From NCBI GenBank assembly GCA_964507055.1, contig CAZDOJ010000001.1, forward strand, positions 785,313 through 849,312: a DNA stretch of 64,000 bases, written 5' to 3'. Of the stretch, positions 1 to 9,850 are shown piece by piece. The notes beneath the pieces were generated by a model. That model was not told where the DNA came from and ran no database searches. It saw nothing but the letters and a program-made list of their open reading frames with translations. Made by a program: the position numbers and the translations under genes. Origin of the DNA: an uncultured Gammaproteobacteria bacterium (lineage in GTDB: Bacteria > Patescibacteriota > Microgenomatia > Levybacterales > UBA12049). The first letter of the stretch is position 1. The number at the start of each line of letters is the position of its first letter.

Positions 1-921
1 ATATTCCAAAAAGCACATGATGCAGGGACGAAAGTAAACCTCACAGTCACACTTATGGATAATGATCAAATCCTTTCATTCTTAGATAGTCAGCAAGCAC
101 AGGATACTGCTGTTAATGAAATTGTTACTGAAGTTCAAGCACGTGGCATCGACGGAGTCAGTATCGATGTGGAATATGTAGGAAGACCTGATCCATCATA
201 TAGAGCTAAATTCAGTAATTTTGTAGCTGCAGTTACTAACAAATTGCATCGTGAAATTCCAGGATCGCAAGTGACAGTTGCTGTCTATGCTCTTTCAGCA
301 AAGCAACCACAATTGTATGATATCGCCGCACTTGGACAAAGTGCGGATAGTATTTTCATGATGGCATATGATTTTTCTGTCAAAGGATCAAAAACATCAT
401 CACCGACTGCACCGCTCTTTGGACATAAGGAAGGGAAATATGCATATGATATAGCAACTGCAGTTGAAGACTTTCTCAAAGTGATGCCTGCAGAAAAACT
501 TATTTTGGGAGTACCATATTATGGGTATAACTATGTCGTATATACTCCAACTGTCAAAAGTAAGACAAGACCAGCAGGAAGTTGGAAAGGTGGTCCATCA
601 GTACAAACATATGCAATTGCCCAATCAAATGTCAACGCAAACATGTCTGGCATAAACGACTATCAAGAAGGTTGGGATGACGATGCACAAGTTGGCTGGA
701 GAGCATATAAATTAGCCAACACCAACACATGGAGAATGATATTTGTAGAGGATGAAAAGTCCCTTGGGATTAAATATGATTATGCAAAATCGCAAAACCT
801 TGGTGGCGTCGGTATATGGGCGTTAGGCTTTGATCACGGCCACACAGAACTTTGGACACTATTACATACTAAATTTGGTGCGAAGGATATCGCTGATAGT
901 CGCGGACTTTTATATAAGTAA
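1..921 (+). CDS. Glycoside hydrolase family 18 (chitinase-like) protein, 5'-partial because the ORF runs off the window start
   Basis: The frame is open from nt 1. It carries the 'DGVSIDVEY' match to the GH18 DGxDxDWE catalytic motif and the upstream 'KAHDAGTKVNLTV' block typical of GH18 barrels. Confidence 0.6.
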   Translation: MFQKAHDAGTKVNLTVTLMDNDQILSFLDSQQAQDTAVNEIVTEVQARGIDGVSIDVEYVGRPDPSYRAKFSNFVAAVTNKLHREIPGSQVTVAVYALSAKQPQLYDIAALGQSADSIFMMAYDFSVKGSKTSSPTAPLFGHKEGKYAYDIATAVEDFLKVMPAEKLILGVPYYGYNYVVYTPTVKSKTRPAGSWKGGPSVQTYAIAQSNVNANMSGINDYQEGWDDDAQVGWRAYKLANTNTWRMIFVEDEKSLGIKYDYAKSQNLGGVGIWALGFDHGHTELWTLLHTKFGAKDIADSRGLLYK

Positions 922-923
922 CT

Positions 924-2033
924 ATGAATAACGCAAATATGCCCAACAACTTTTTTGATACATTGCCAGTCTCAAAGAGACAACTCCGAATCTTCCTTTG
1001 CACATTCTTAGCAATGTTTATTATGGTATGCCTCCAACATCTTGGAGTTCATGCACCGACAAATCCGATAAAACTTGTTATGCCAATTCCTCAGGAAGAA
1101 GAGATACAAGAAACTGGTGCAATGAAGATAATTAAGCCACTTCTTGAAGCTGTGCCAAATACATTTGTATTAAAGAATCCAACAAGTCCATTCTTTTCCC
1201 CGGCACACGCATCATCCGTTATGGATAGTGCAGCTGGATATGCAGTTATCGATCTTGATACAGGTGAGATTATAGCCGCAAAAGAAGGTAATGTACGATT
1301 ACCAATCGCATCTATTACAAAAACCATGACAGCAGTCGTCGCTCTAGATTTGGCGGACAAGACAGAACTCTTTACAGTTTCGGAACATGCTGCAAGTATT
1401 GAACCCACCAAAATCGGTGTTATCCCAGGTGAAAAAATGACAGTAGATGAATTACTTCATGGGCTTATGCTTGTCTCAGGAAATGATGCAGCAGAAGTTA
1501 TCCGTGAAGGGATTGATGCAAAATATAATGAGAAAATCTTTATTAAAGCCATGAATGAGAAAGCAAAAATTCTTGGCTTAAAAAATACGCATTTCTCCAA
1601 TCCGCAAGGATTTGATAGTCCACAAAATTACAGTTCTGTTGAAGACTTAGCTATTCTTACTCATTATGCGTTGACCAACTATCCAGAACTCGCTTCGATT
1701 GTTTCAAAAGACTATTATTTCCTCCCTGCCAATGCAAACCACAAGCAATTTGATATGTATAACTGGAATGGACTTATCGGTGTCTATCCAAATGCCCAAG
1801 GCTTGAAAATTGGAAACACTGATGATGCTGGGAAGACAACTGTAGTGACATCAACCAGAAATGGCAAGAAAATGGCAGCTATAGTCTTAGGAGCTCCAAG
1901 AATACTTGAAAGAGATCTTTGGGCTGCTCAACTCTTAGATCTAGGATATGAACGAACGCTCGGATTGAAACCTGTTAAGGTTACAGAAGAACAATTAGGC
2001 AAAAAGTATAGTACGTGGAAATATTGGAATTAA
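924..2033 (+). CDS. D-alanyl-D-alanine carboxypeptidase (peptidase S11, PBP5/DacA-like) with an N-terminal signal anchor
   Basis: SxxK active-site 'SITK' and SxN 'SGND' motifs are present. Spacing is typical of low-molecular-weight PBPs, and there is an N-terminal hydrophobic segment. Confidence 0.75.
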   Translation: MNNANMPNNFFDTLPVSKRQLRIFLCTFLAMFIMVCLQHLGVHAPTNPIKLVMPIPQEEEIQETGAMKIIKPLLEAVPNTFVLKNPTSPFFSPAHASSVMDSAAGYAVIDLDTGEIIAAKEGNVRLPIASITKTMTAVVALDLADKTELFTVSEHAASIEPTKIGVIPGEKMTVDELLHGLMLVSGNDAAEVIREGIDAKYNEKIFIKAMNEKAKILGLKNTHFSNPQGFDSPQNYSSVEDLAILTHYALTNYPELASIVSKDYYFLPANANHKQFDMYNWNGLIGVYPNAQGLKIGNTDDAGKTTVVTSTRNGKKMAAIVLGAPRILERDLWAAQLLDLGYERTLGLKPVKVTEEQLGKKYSTWKYWN

Positions 2034-2044
2034 TGGCTTTATCG

Positions 2045-2100
2045 GTTTCGGTTGGTAGCAAGCACTAGGTTTTATATTATTTATAGCTGCCAACCGAAAC
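2045..2100. other. Long imperfect hairpin with a 15-bp stem (one G-U) and a 26-nt loop, immediately 3' of the dacA-like gene
   Basis: gtttcggttggtagc ... gctgccaaccgaaac are reverse complements of each other. No U-tract follows. Confidence 0.3.
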
Positions 2101-2131
2101 ATATTTCTCAATTGCAAAGAAAGGAGGTAAT

Positions 2132-2215
2132 ATGCAAGAAATAATTCGAATCATCGTTGAAGTATTTACAGGGAAGAAGCCGGCTGTCCAGCCAGTATAT
2201 GTACCTAGTAAATAA
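2132..2215 (+). CDS. Small ORF (27 aa, MQEIIRIIVEVFTGKKPAVQPVYVPSK) with a strong ribosome binding site
   Basis: AAAGGAGGTAAT sits directly before the ATG. The ORF is too short for the supplied track. Confidence 0.3.
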   Translation: MQEIIRIIVEVFTGKKPAVQPVYVPSK

Positions 2216-2321
2216 CTACAAGCTCATCCATAAACTTACATATATCTTACGTAGTTATTAATCTTTTCTTATTTGACTCTTGACAGTTAAAAAAAGAGTA
2301 ACGTATAGTAATAGATGTCCC

Positions 2322-2456
2322 ATGTTTAAAGAACTCATCAACGCCATCGGAATAACCCCAGCACAAGTAAGAATTTTCTTATTTACTTTTATTACAGTCT
2401 CAGTTGTTGTGACGCTTCAACATCTTGGAATACGATCTCCAATGCATCTCTTCTAA
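2322..2456 (+). CDS. Small membrane ORF (44 aa) paralogous to the N-terminal signal-anchor of the adjacent DacA-like protein; possibly a gene fragment
   Basis: MFKELINAIGITPAQVRIFLFTFITVSVVVTLQHLGIRSP aligns with QLRIFLCTFLAMFIMVCLQHLGVHAP of the protein encoded at 924-2033. Confidence 0.3.
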   Translation: MFKELINAIGITPAQVRIFLFTFITVSVVVTLQHLGIRSPMHLF

Positions 2457-2497
2457 GCTTGACAAAAGCCTCATAATCGAACATCATAAAGTACACC

Positions 2498-3715
2498 ATG
2501 TTTTTTTACGCTGGTATTGCCCTATCCATCTTTCTCGGTGCCCTCACTCTGTATATAATCAACAGGAGTTATTCGAACGGGATAAAAAAAGCACAGGAAA
2601 CCATTATAGAATCAATCAATAACGGAATAATTGGGGTTGATGCTAACCAAAATATCATTATGGCAAATATGGCATTTGCAAAGTTGGTAAACATGCCAAA
2701 AGAAAAAATTGTCGGCCAGAATGTTGATAAAATACTCCAACTCTATGGAGGACAAACTATTGTCCCATTTGAGATTTATAGCCAACCATCAGAAGCAACC
2801 TCCAGAAGCGGAGTCAAACTGAGGAATCCAGAAGGAGAGATCCCCCTTTCATTAACAATTGCACCCCATGTATTCGGAGATCAGAAGAAAGGATTTCTCA
2901 TCACAACACATAATCTTTCCCAAGAGAACCAACTTGAAGAAATGAAGGTAGACTTTGTCTCTATGGCAGCTCATGAATTAAGAACTCCGCTTACAGCAAT
3001 CCGAGGATATGCATCGTTACTCCAAATGCATTATTCATCTCACTTAGAAGAAGCAGCTAAAGAACTTTTGACCAGATTGATTGTCAGTACAACCAACTTA
3101 ACAAATCTTATTGATAATTTGCTCAGTGTCTCAAGAATTGAAAGAAATAACTTAACGATTGATACCAAACCAATCGAGTTAACTATCATTGTCAATGATA
3201 TTTTTGAAAGCTTTCGTCAACAAGCTCAAACTCGTAAGCAAACATTTACGCTTTCTATGCCTGAACATTTGCCATTGGTTATGGCTGATCCATTCAGAAT
3301 CGGACAAGTATTTATCAATTTGATTGGTAACGCAATTACGTATACCCAAGAAGGCGGATCAATCTCGGTCACAGTATTGGTCAGGGAGGGATTTCTTGAA
3401 ATCGCAGTACAGGATAATGGTGAAGGTATTCCAGCAGATGCTGTTCCACGACTCTTTACAAAATTCTTCCGTGTTTCAGGTTCTCTTGAGCAGGGTTCAA
3501 AAGGAACTGGCCTTGGTCTCTATATAACTAAATCTATCGTCGAAATGCATAAAGGAAAAATCTGGGCAGAAAGTACAGTCAATAAAGGCTCCATATTTAC
3601 CTTTACACTACCAATTGCTTCTCAACAAGAAATTAGTGTTCATAAACAGCATCCCATGAACGATTTCTTGACAGTCAAAAATGGACAAGGTATCATAGTT
3701 AAGAAAACACAATGA
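2498..3715 (+). CDS. Sensor histidine kinase (N-terminal TM, PAS-like domain, HisKA, HATPase_c)
   Basis: HisKA phosphoacceptor box 'HELRTPL', N-box 'IGNAITY', G-boxes 'DNGEGI' and 'GTGLGL'. It overlaps the downstream regulator by 4 nt. Confidence 0.85.
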   Translation: MFFYAGIALSIFLGALTLYIINRSYSNGIKKAQETIIESINNGIIGVDANQNIIMANMAFAKLVNMPKEKIVGQNVDKILQLYGGQTIVPFEIYSQPSEATSRSGVKLRNPEGEIPLSLTIAPHVFGDQKKGFLITTHNLSQENQLEEMKVDFVSMAAHELRTPLTAIRGYASLLQMHYSSHLEEAAKELLTRLIVSTTNLTNLIDNLLSVSRIERNNLTIDTKPIELTIIVNDIFESFRQQAQTRKQTFTLSMPEHLPLVMADPFRIGQVFINLIGNAITYTQEGGSISVTVLVREGFLEIAVQDNGEGIPADAVPRLFTKFFRVSGSLEQGSKGTGLGLYITKSIVEMHKGKIWAESTVNKGSIFTFTLPIASQQEISVHKQHPMNDFLTVKNGQGIIVKKTQ

Positions 3716-4116
3716 GAAAAGTACTTATAGCAGAAGACGATTTTTTTATCAGGGATATTTATAGTAAAGTTTTTACGCTATCCGGGTATGAAGTTGCTGT
3801 GGCCGTAGATGGTATGGATGCACTTGAAAAGATTAAGGCACAACAATACGACATGGTGCTTCTTGATATCATGATGCCACGAATGACAGGCATTGATGTG
3901 CTAAAGAATATCCGAACAATGGAAGCTCCTGCAAAGAGTACACCTGTTTTCATTATCACGAATCTTGGTCAGCAAAATGTGATTGAAGAAGCTTTCAAAC
4001 TTGGAATGGATGGATATATCCTCAAGTCACAAGTTACCCCCCAGCAAATAGTTGATGAAATAAATAATTTCTTTCTCACGAAAGAATCTCTTCCACAAGG
4101 AGAAACTAATCAGTAG
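3712..4116 (+). CDS. Single-domain response regulator (receiver only, CheY-like)
   Basis: Receiver-domain acidic pocket and the 'LLDIMMP' phospho-Asp context. At 134 aa there is no output domain. Confidence 0.85.
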   Translation: MRKVLIAEDDFFIRDIYSKVFTLSGYEVAVAVDGMDALEKIKAQQYDMVLLDIMMPRMTGIDVLKNIRTMEAPAKSTPVFIITNLGQQNVIEEAFKLGMDGYILKSQVTPQQIVDEINNFFLTKESLPQGETNQ

Positions 4117-4504
4117 ATTTCAATATTTTTACGACAATTTCTCTTTCTCTTGGACCATCTGATTCAACAATAACAACCCGTTGCCAAACACCAAGGTCTA
4201 GATGCTTCTCAATAATCGGTAAAGTTATCGATGTCCCAATCATACTTGTTAATATATGATCGACAACATGCGGAGGATTGTGTGGATGTCGATATTTTAA
4301 TTTGGGCATAATTTCTTCAAACGCATCAAGCATATCCAAATCAGTTCCAGGATCAAGATCGGCTGTGGTTAAAGCTGCGGTTGTGTGTTTAATCGCGATG
4401 ACACACACACCTTGTTCAACATTTTGATTCGCAAGAAGAGCATCAATTATATCTGTTATATCTACAATTGCTTTCTTCTTTGGCGTTTTAATATGAAGTT
4501 GCAT
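4106..4504 (-). CDS. YjbQ/UPF0047 family protein (secondary thiamine-phosphate synthase-like)
   Basis: Full-length similarity pattern to UPF0047, including 'HTTAALTTADLDPG' and 'RHPHNPPHVVDHILTS'. Confidence 0.75.
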   Translation of the reverse strand: MQLHIKTPKKKAIVDITDIIDALLANQNVEQGVCVIAIKHTTAALTTADLDPGTDLDMLDAFEEIMPKLKYRHPHNPPHVVDHILTSMIGTSITLPIIEKHLDLGVWQRVVIVESDGPREREIVVKILKSTD

Positions 4505-4716
4505 TTTATAAAAATAGCGATACTATGGTCGCTATCCCAGATAATACCATTATACCAGTAATAAGCCACCCTGGACGATCAAGAATAGAATCACCGGAGC
4601 TATACTCATATTACCTGTTCTTACAAGGATATCCAGCAGTTTGGGTTATTATATTGACAAGTAAGCTCCACTAAGCATATTATTAATATGGAACTTATTT
4701 TAAGATTCTCTTAATA

Positions 4717-5292
4717 GTGAAAGCATTTATCACATCACCTAAATTTATTATGATTACAGTTGCATTACTTGCACTTGTTGTCATACCTCTTACGATCATC
4801 CAATCTCAAACTCAACAGAACACACAACAACAAGCAGATCAAGTTTCATGGGGTACAGACCAATCTGCATCCACAACATGTCCTGATGATGGAAACGGAG
4901 TTGTCATTTCCGCAACATTCTCCAATACAGAACCGAAAAAAACATCCACGGACATGGATGTTGTAGTAAAGGACCAACAAACAGGAAAATCAGTTGATAT
5001 GGGTAAAGTACGTGGTGGAGAGACAAAGACTGTAGAAATTCTTACAGAAAAATCGACATTAAAAGCCGGATCAGTTACCTTTACATTAACATGGAGTGAT
5101 GGACATAATGGCGATGACAGTAGAACAGCAAGCTATAAAGCGGTGAGTGACTGTGTCAAGCCAACACCTACTCCTACACCAACAGTGACTCCAACCCCAG
5201 TTCCTTCAGGTGAACCAACACCTACTCCTACTGTTTGCCCGACATTAGGACCTGTCAAGAATGTAACGATCGAGTGTCCTAATTGTCCATAA
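4717..5292 (+). CDS. Secreted or membrane-anchored protein with a Pro/Thr linker and a Cys-rich C-terminus; paralog of the N-terminal domain of the next gene
   Basis: Signal-anchor, then a ~120-aa domain (WGTDQSA...TWSDG...DSRTA(S/T)YK) shared with the 5299-6726 protein, then a PTPTPTP linker. Confidence 0.6.
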   Translation: MKAFITSPKFIMITVALLALVVIPLTIIQSQTQQNTQQQADQVSWGTDQSASTTCPDDGNGVVISATFSNTEPKKTSTDMDVVVKDQQTGKSVDMGKVRGGETKTVEILTEKSTLKAGSVTFTLTWSDGHNGDDSRTASYKAVSDCVKPTPTPTPTVTPTPVPSGEPTPTPTVCPTLGPVKNVTIECPNCP

Positions 5293-5298
5293 TAATGC

Positions 5299-6726
5299 GT
5301 GAATACACTAGAGACTAAACCATCACAAAAAGTACCATTTCTCATCCTTCTCGGAGTTGTGCTGCTCGGTATCCCGCTAACAGTGTTCGCACTGCAGCAA
5401 ACGCAAATTTTGCGTCAATTTGCATGGGGTACAGAGCAATCTGCGGAGGCTATTTGTTCTACCGAAAACGGTGGAGCAGTTGTAAAAGTTAGCTTCACAA
5501 ATACAGAAAATTCTAGAGGGATGGATGTCATTGCTACAGATATCCAATCAGGAAAAACTGTTGACCTGGGTACAGTTGCAGGAAAAGAAACAAAAACTGG
5601 TGAAATCGTTACTGAATCAGAATCTCTTGAAGATGGCGGAGTTAAATTTGATTTAACATGGTCTGATGGCTCCTCAGGCAAAGATAGCCGAACTGCTACT
5701 TATAAGGGTGTTTCAGAATGTGCACCTCCCCCTCCCTTCTGTCCGGCAAACCCAGATGCTAATCGAGGTACATGTAAATGGGATACTCTTGAGGGTGCTG
5801 AAGGATATGAAGTTGTCGTAACTGACAAAGAGACAGGTGAGCCGGTCAAAGAAGAGACTGTTTCTAAAGATTCAACCGAGAGTACCTTTGTAATGACACC
5901 AGGTAAAGCATATATCTGTAAAGTGACACCAGTAAACGCATGCGGAAAAGGTGAAGGGACAGACAGTCCTGAGAAGATTTGTACGATACCAACACCAACG
6001 CCGACAGTTTCACCAACACCTCCAGCTTGTCCTGTACCTCCGTTGAAAAATGGTGTCTGTAAATGGGATGCTCTTGAAGGTGCGACAGAGTATAAGATTA
6101 CAGTCCGAGATTCAGATAAAGACGAAATTATAAAAACTGGTACAGTGAAAGCACCAGATACATCATTCCAATATCCAGCAAATCCAACGACAAAATATCA
6201 GTGCACGGTTATTGCTGTAAATCAATGTAGCGAAGCACCACCTGTAGAAAGTCCACCAATATCTTGTGTACAACCAACGCCTACACCTACATTGCCGGGG
6301 CCAACGCCGACTCCAACAACGCCTGTGCCATCACCTACGCCGACAACGCCAGCACCGACACCAACACCAACCGTGCCGCCGCCAACACCTACTATACCGG
6401 CTCCAACGCCAACACCGGTAGTGATCGTTCGTGTACCAACATATATCACACAACCACCTGTTCAACAGCCGCCGGTTCAACAACCACCTGTTGTCCAGCA
6501 ACCGCCTGTCGTAGTACAACAGCCACCAGTTGTCGTGCAACAACCTGGGCAGCAAATTGTCCAGCAACCAGGCCAAACAGTGGTGATTCAGCCAACACTT
6601 GTACCTGGACAACCATCACCTGTACCTACAATGAAGCCAACAGGCAGCTTGTCTAATTCAGTTATGCTTGTTAGTGCAAGTGTCGTACTTCTAATCGCTG
6701 GAACGCTTGTATTCTTCATTCTCTAA
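5299..6726 (+). CDS. Cell-surface protein: shared N-terminal domain, two FN3-like Cys-bracketed modules, long PT linker, QQPPV repeats and a C-terminal TM anchor
   Basis: Tandem paralogy with the 4717-5292 protein. Two ~80-aa repeats 'C(K)WD.LEGA.EY...V......' resemble fibronectin type III. It ends in a C-terminal hydrophobic helix. Confidence 0.65.
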   Translation: MNTLETKPSQKVPFLILLGVVLLGIPLTVFALQQTQILRQFAWGTEQSAEAICSTENGGAVVKVSFTNTENSRGMDVIATDIQSGKTVDLGTVAGKETKTGEIVTESESLEDGGVKFDLTWSDGSSGKDSRTATYKGVSECAPPPPFCPANPDANRGTCKWDTLEGAEGYEVVVTDKETGEPVKEETVSKDSTESTFVMTPGKAYICKVTPVNACGKGEGTDSPEKICTIPTPTPTVSPTPPACPVPPLKNGVCKWDALEGATEYKITVRDSDKDEIIKTGTVKAPDTSFQYPANPTTKYQCTVIAVNQCSEAPPVESPPISCVQPTPTPTLPGPTPTPTTPVPSPTPTTPAPTPTPTVPPPTPTIPAPTPTPVVIVRVPTYITQPPVQQPPVQQPPVVQQPPVVVQQPPVVVQQPGQQIVQQPGQTVVIQPTLVPGQPSPVPTMKPTGSLSNSVMLVSASVVLLIAGTLVFFIL

Positions 6727-6741
6727 ACGTATACTACAACC

Positions 6742-7899
6742 ATGATAAGTAGGTTGGAGCCTGTTAGTTTTCTCCTTGTTAGTATCATTCCTCACGACGT
6801 CACAGACGAAGAAACATTCAAAGACTTAAAAGAACTCAAAGCATTAGTTGAAGCCCATGGAGGTAAGGTTGTGGATTTTGTGGTACAGCGAAGGGAGATA
6901 CACGATAAAGGATTATATATTGGAAGTGGAAAGATAGCTGAAATAGCAGATATCATAAAGACACAAGATGTCGATGCTGTAATTCTCAACGCTGTTGTAA
7001 AACCAGGACACATCTTCGAGATCAAAAATATACTCAGTAAAGTAAAAAGGACAATTGAGGTTTGGGACAGAGTTGACTTGATACTCCAAATTTTCTCTCG
7101 CCATGCAAGCACAGCCGAAGCAAAACTACAAATAGAACTAGCTGCAATGAGACACATGGGGCCAAGAATCTATGGGATGGGAAAAGTTATGTCACGACAA
7201 GGTGGTGGTATTGGAACGCTTGGTATTGGAGAAACCAATACTGAACTTATGAAGCGTCATTGGAGGACGCAGATGAAGAAAGTACAAGATAAACTACAAA
7301 AACTTGCAACAGATCGAGAAAGACAGCTAGCACGACGCGAAAAGGTTGGATTGCAAACAGTATCCATTGTAGGCTATACCAATGCTGGCAAATCTTCCCT
7401 CTTTAATCTTTTAACCGGAAAAAAGAAAAATGTAGAAAACGCATTATTTGTAACACTTGATAGTAGTGTTGGTAAAATAAAACTACCAAAATCAAAAGAT
7501 ACAATTCTTCTTTCTGACACAATCGGCTTTATCCGTAATCTTCCTACAGAACTTATCGATGCTTTCCGATCAACACTGATGGAGTCAATGCATGCTGAGT
7601 TGTTACTTCATGTTATTGATATTTCTGATGATGATATGGATCGCAAAATACAAGCTGTTGAAGATGTCTTGGCAAGTTTGAATCTGCAAAATAAAAAACG
7701 TATGTATGTTTTTAATAAAATCGATCAAGCTGGTGGTGTGTCAGAGGAAACTTTACGAGAGTGGTATTCAGATTTTCATCCACAGTTTATCTCTGTTAAA
7801 AAAAGAACAAGAATTGAAACCATAACTGAAGCTATCGATGATGTATTAAATAATAATGATACACATCTCTTGCGTAAGAAGAAGCGAATTCATATTTAG
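6742..7899 (+). CDS. hflX: GTPase HflX
   Basis: HflX N-terminal domain plus G1 'GYTNAGKSS', G3 'DTIGF' and G4 'NKID'. Confidence 0.9.
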   Translation: MISRLEPVSFLLVSIIPHDVTDEETFKDLKELKALVEAHGGKVVDFVVQRREIHDKGLYIGSGKIAEIADIIKTQDVDAVILNAVVKPGHIFEIKNILSKVKRTIEVWDRVDLILQIFSRHASTAEAKLQIELAAMRHMGPRIYGMGKVMSRQGGGIGTLGIGETNTELMKRHWRTQMKKVQDKLQKLATDRERQLARREKVGLQTVSIVGYTNAGKSSLFNLLTGKKKNVENALFVTLDSSVGKIKLPKSKDTILLSDTIGFIRNLPTELIDAFRSTLMESMHAELLLHVIDISDDDMDRKIQAVEDVLASLNLQNKKRMYVFNKIDQAGGVSEETLREWYSDFHPQFISVKKRTRIETITEAIDDVLNNNDTHLLRKKKRIHI

Positions 7900-7903
7900 A
7901 ATC

Positions 7904-9442
7904 CTATTTTTTCTTTGACTTTTCGATCGTCAAGAATGAAATGATTGCACTAAGAAACGCTAGTGCAGCACCAATCCCAATAACTATTCTAAAAGAATAA
8001 AGAAATGATTCATCAATATATTGCTTAGCGAGAGCTTTCTCATTTTGACCAAAGCTTTCAGGTATTTGAATACCACCTAATTTATTCTTTTGGATAAGAA
8101 TCTGCTCTTGTTGTGATTGTGATAAATTGGATTTTTCAATTGCATTAACTAAGTGTGATGAAAATGTTATCGACATAATCGCACCAAGTAGTGCAACTGC
8201 AAGAAGGGCAGCAACTCTCGATACTGCATTGTTAACTCCAGATGCAGCTCCAGAATAGCGTTTATCTACAGCTAGTGCAGACTTTGTTAGTGGTGCGATA
8301 ACTAATGACATTCCTAATCCAAATAAAATAAGACCAGGCAAAAAAGCAATAAAATAATTTGCATGGATCCCAGGGAAAATCAGCAAAACCATCCCAATCC
8401 CCACAATCAATGGACCAATAATCATTGGTATTCGAGGGCCGATCCTATCACTCAGAGATCCACCCGGTCCGGAAAGAAAAGTAATTAGGAGTACAGATGG
8501 AAGCATACCCAGTCCTGCAATAATTGGAGAGTACTGTTGCAGTTGTTGGAAGTTGAGAATAAGAAAAAAGATAATTCCGTTCAAAGCAAAGTACAAAAAA
8601 AGCGTCACAAGATTTGCACCAGTTACGAGTTTTGATTGGAAAATCTTTAAAGGAAAAATTGGTTCTTGAATTTTTTTCTCCATAAAGACAAAAGCTACAA
8701 TTGCACCAACACCGAAGAGCAAACTTCCAATAATCCATGTAGTATACAAACCTTGCACGGGCGCCTCAATCAGAGCATATGAAATTCCTAATAACCCGGT
8801 GAGTAATAATACTGTCCCCAAAATATCCAATCGTTGTGCTTCATCATTCTTTGTCTCTGGTACGTACTTAATTGTTAGAAATATCGCCAGAAGCCCAATT
8901 GGTATATTTAAGTAGAAAATTGACTGCCATCCAAGTGTTTCAACAAGCCAGCCACCAAGGAATGGTCCAAGTGCCGCAACTCCTCCAGCAAACCCTGACC
9001 ACAAACCAATCGCTTTTCCCTGCTCTTTTTCCTCAAATACAGTACTAATAATACTTAAACTTCCAGGAATCATCATCGCTGCACCAATACCTTGGAGTGT
9101 TCGAAATGCAATCAGTTGTTCTATCGATTGAGATATCCCACAGAGAAACGAAGCGAGGATAAACAAGCCAATTCCATAAAGAAATACTTTCTTTCTTCCA
9201 AAGCGATCTCCAAATGACCCACTAATTAAAATCAACGAAGCAAGAATGAGAGCATAACTATTTACGATCCACTGCATATTATCAAGTGTCGCATTGAGTG
9301 AAGTTTGAATGACGGGTATCGCAATATTCACGACAGTTCCATCAAGAAATGCCATACCGCTTGCCAAGATAGTTCCAGCGAGAACCATTTTACCTGCAAA
9401 GTTCTTAACTGTATATTTGCTCATCCTTCCAGAGTATAGCAA
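7904..9442 (-). CDS. MFS transporter, DHA2 (EmrB/QacA-like, 14-TMS) family
   Basis: 512 aa and polytopic. The N-terminal 'GMAFLDGTVVNIAIP' and 'GDRFGRKKV' motifs are characteristic of DHA2 drug:H+ antiporters. Confidence 0.85.
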   Translation of the reverse strand: MLYSGRMSKYTVKNFAGKMVLAGTILASGMAFLDGTVVNIAIPVIQTSLNATLDNMQWIVNSYALILASLILISGSFGDRFGRKKVFLYGIGLFILASFLCGISQSIEQLIAFRTLQGIGAAMMIPGSLSIISTVFEEKEQGKAIGLWSGFAGGVAALGPFLGGWLVETLGWQSIFYLNIPIGLLAIFLTIKYVPETKNDEAQRLDILGTVLLLTGLLGISYALIEAPVQGLYTTWIIGSLLFGVGAIVAFVFMEKKIQEPIFPLKIFQSKLVTGANLVTLFLYFALNGIIFFLILNFQQLQQYSPIIAGLGMLPSVLLITFLSGPGGSLSDRIGPRIPMIIGPLIVGIGMVLLIFPGIHANYFIAFLPGLILFGLGMSLVIAPLTKSALAVDKRYSGAASGVNNAVSRVAALLAVALLGAIMSITFSSHLVNAIEKSNLSQSQQEQILIQKNKLGGIQIPESFGQNEKALAKQYIDESFLYSFRIVIGIGAALAFLSAIISFLTIEKSKKK

Positions 9443-9460
9443 AAAGCATATTGAGAAAAC

Positions 9461-9850
9461 ATGTATAATACATCTATGGAAATTTTATATAAAATTGTGG
9501 GCACAGTAAAAAAAGGTGCAGGCAATGGACGCAAGTTTGGATATCCAACTGCAAATGTGAGTTTGCAAAATCACGTTCCGGCAGGAGTCTATATTGCAGA
9601 AGTAACAATAGATGGACAGAAATATAAAGCAGCTACTTTTATTGGAAGTGCCGTAACATTTGGAGATGCTGAGTATAAATCGGAGAGTACAATACTTGAT
9701 TTCGATCAAGATATTTATGACAAAGAAATAACTATAAATCTTGTAAAGAAACTTCGAGACAATATGAATTTCACATCAGAAAAAGAACTTATTAAAAATA
9801 TAGAGAAAGATGTTGCAGATACCCGAAAATTCTTTGAAGAAAGAAATTAG
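9461..9850 (+). CDS. Monofunctional riboflavin kinase (RibF C-terminal-domain type)
   Basis: 'GNGRKFGYPTANV' flavokinase motif in a 129-aa protein with no FAD-synthetase domain. Confidence 0.7.
   Translation: MYNTSMEILYKIVGTVKKGAGNGRKFGYPTANVSLQNHVPAGVYIAEVTIDGQKYKAATFIGSAVTFGDAEYKSESTILDFDQDIYDKEITINLVKKLRDNMNFTSEKELIKNIEKDVADTRKFFEERN

Noticed and set aside
3759-3959. 66-aa minus-strand ORF inside the single-domain regulator gene, and similar 60-130-aa antisense ORFs inside uvrA-like, secD, gltX and recJ
   Set aside because: All are nested antisense to genes with strong motif support. No independent signals.
5133-6656. Track ORFs 5133-5345(-), 6222-6449(-), 6264-6656(+) and 6331-6612(-), which overlap the PT-rich surface protein genes, and periodic ACNCCNAC repeats that could be mistaken for a CRISPR-like array
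   Set aside because: They lie inside or antisense to long coding ORFs with a clear signal peptide and domain structure. Their Gly/Val- or Cys/Trp-rich translations are what is expected when Pro/Thr codon repeats are read off-frame. The periodicity is 6 nt (codon pairs), with no spacer-repeat organisation.
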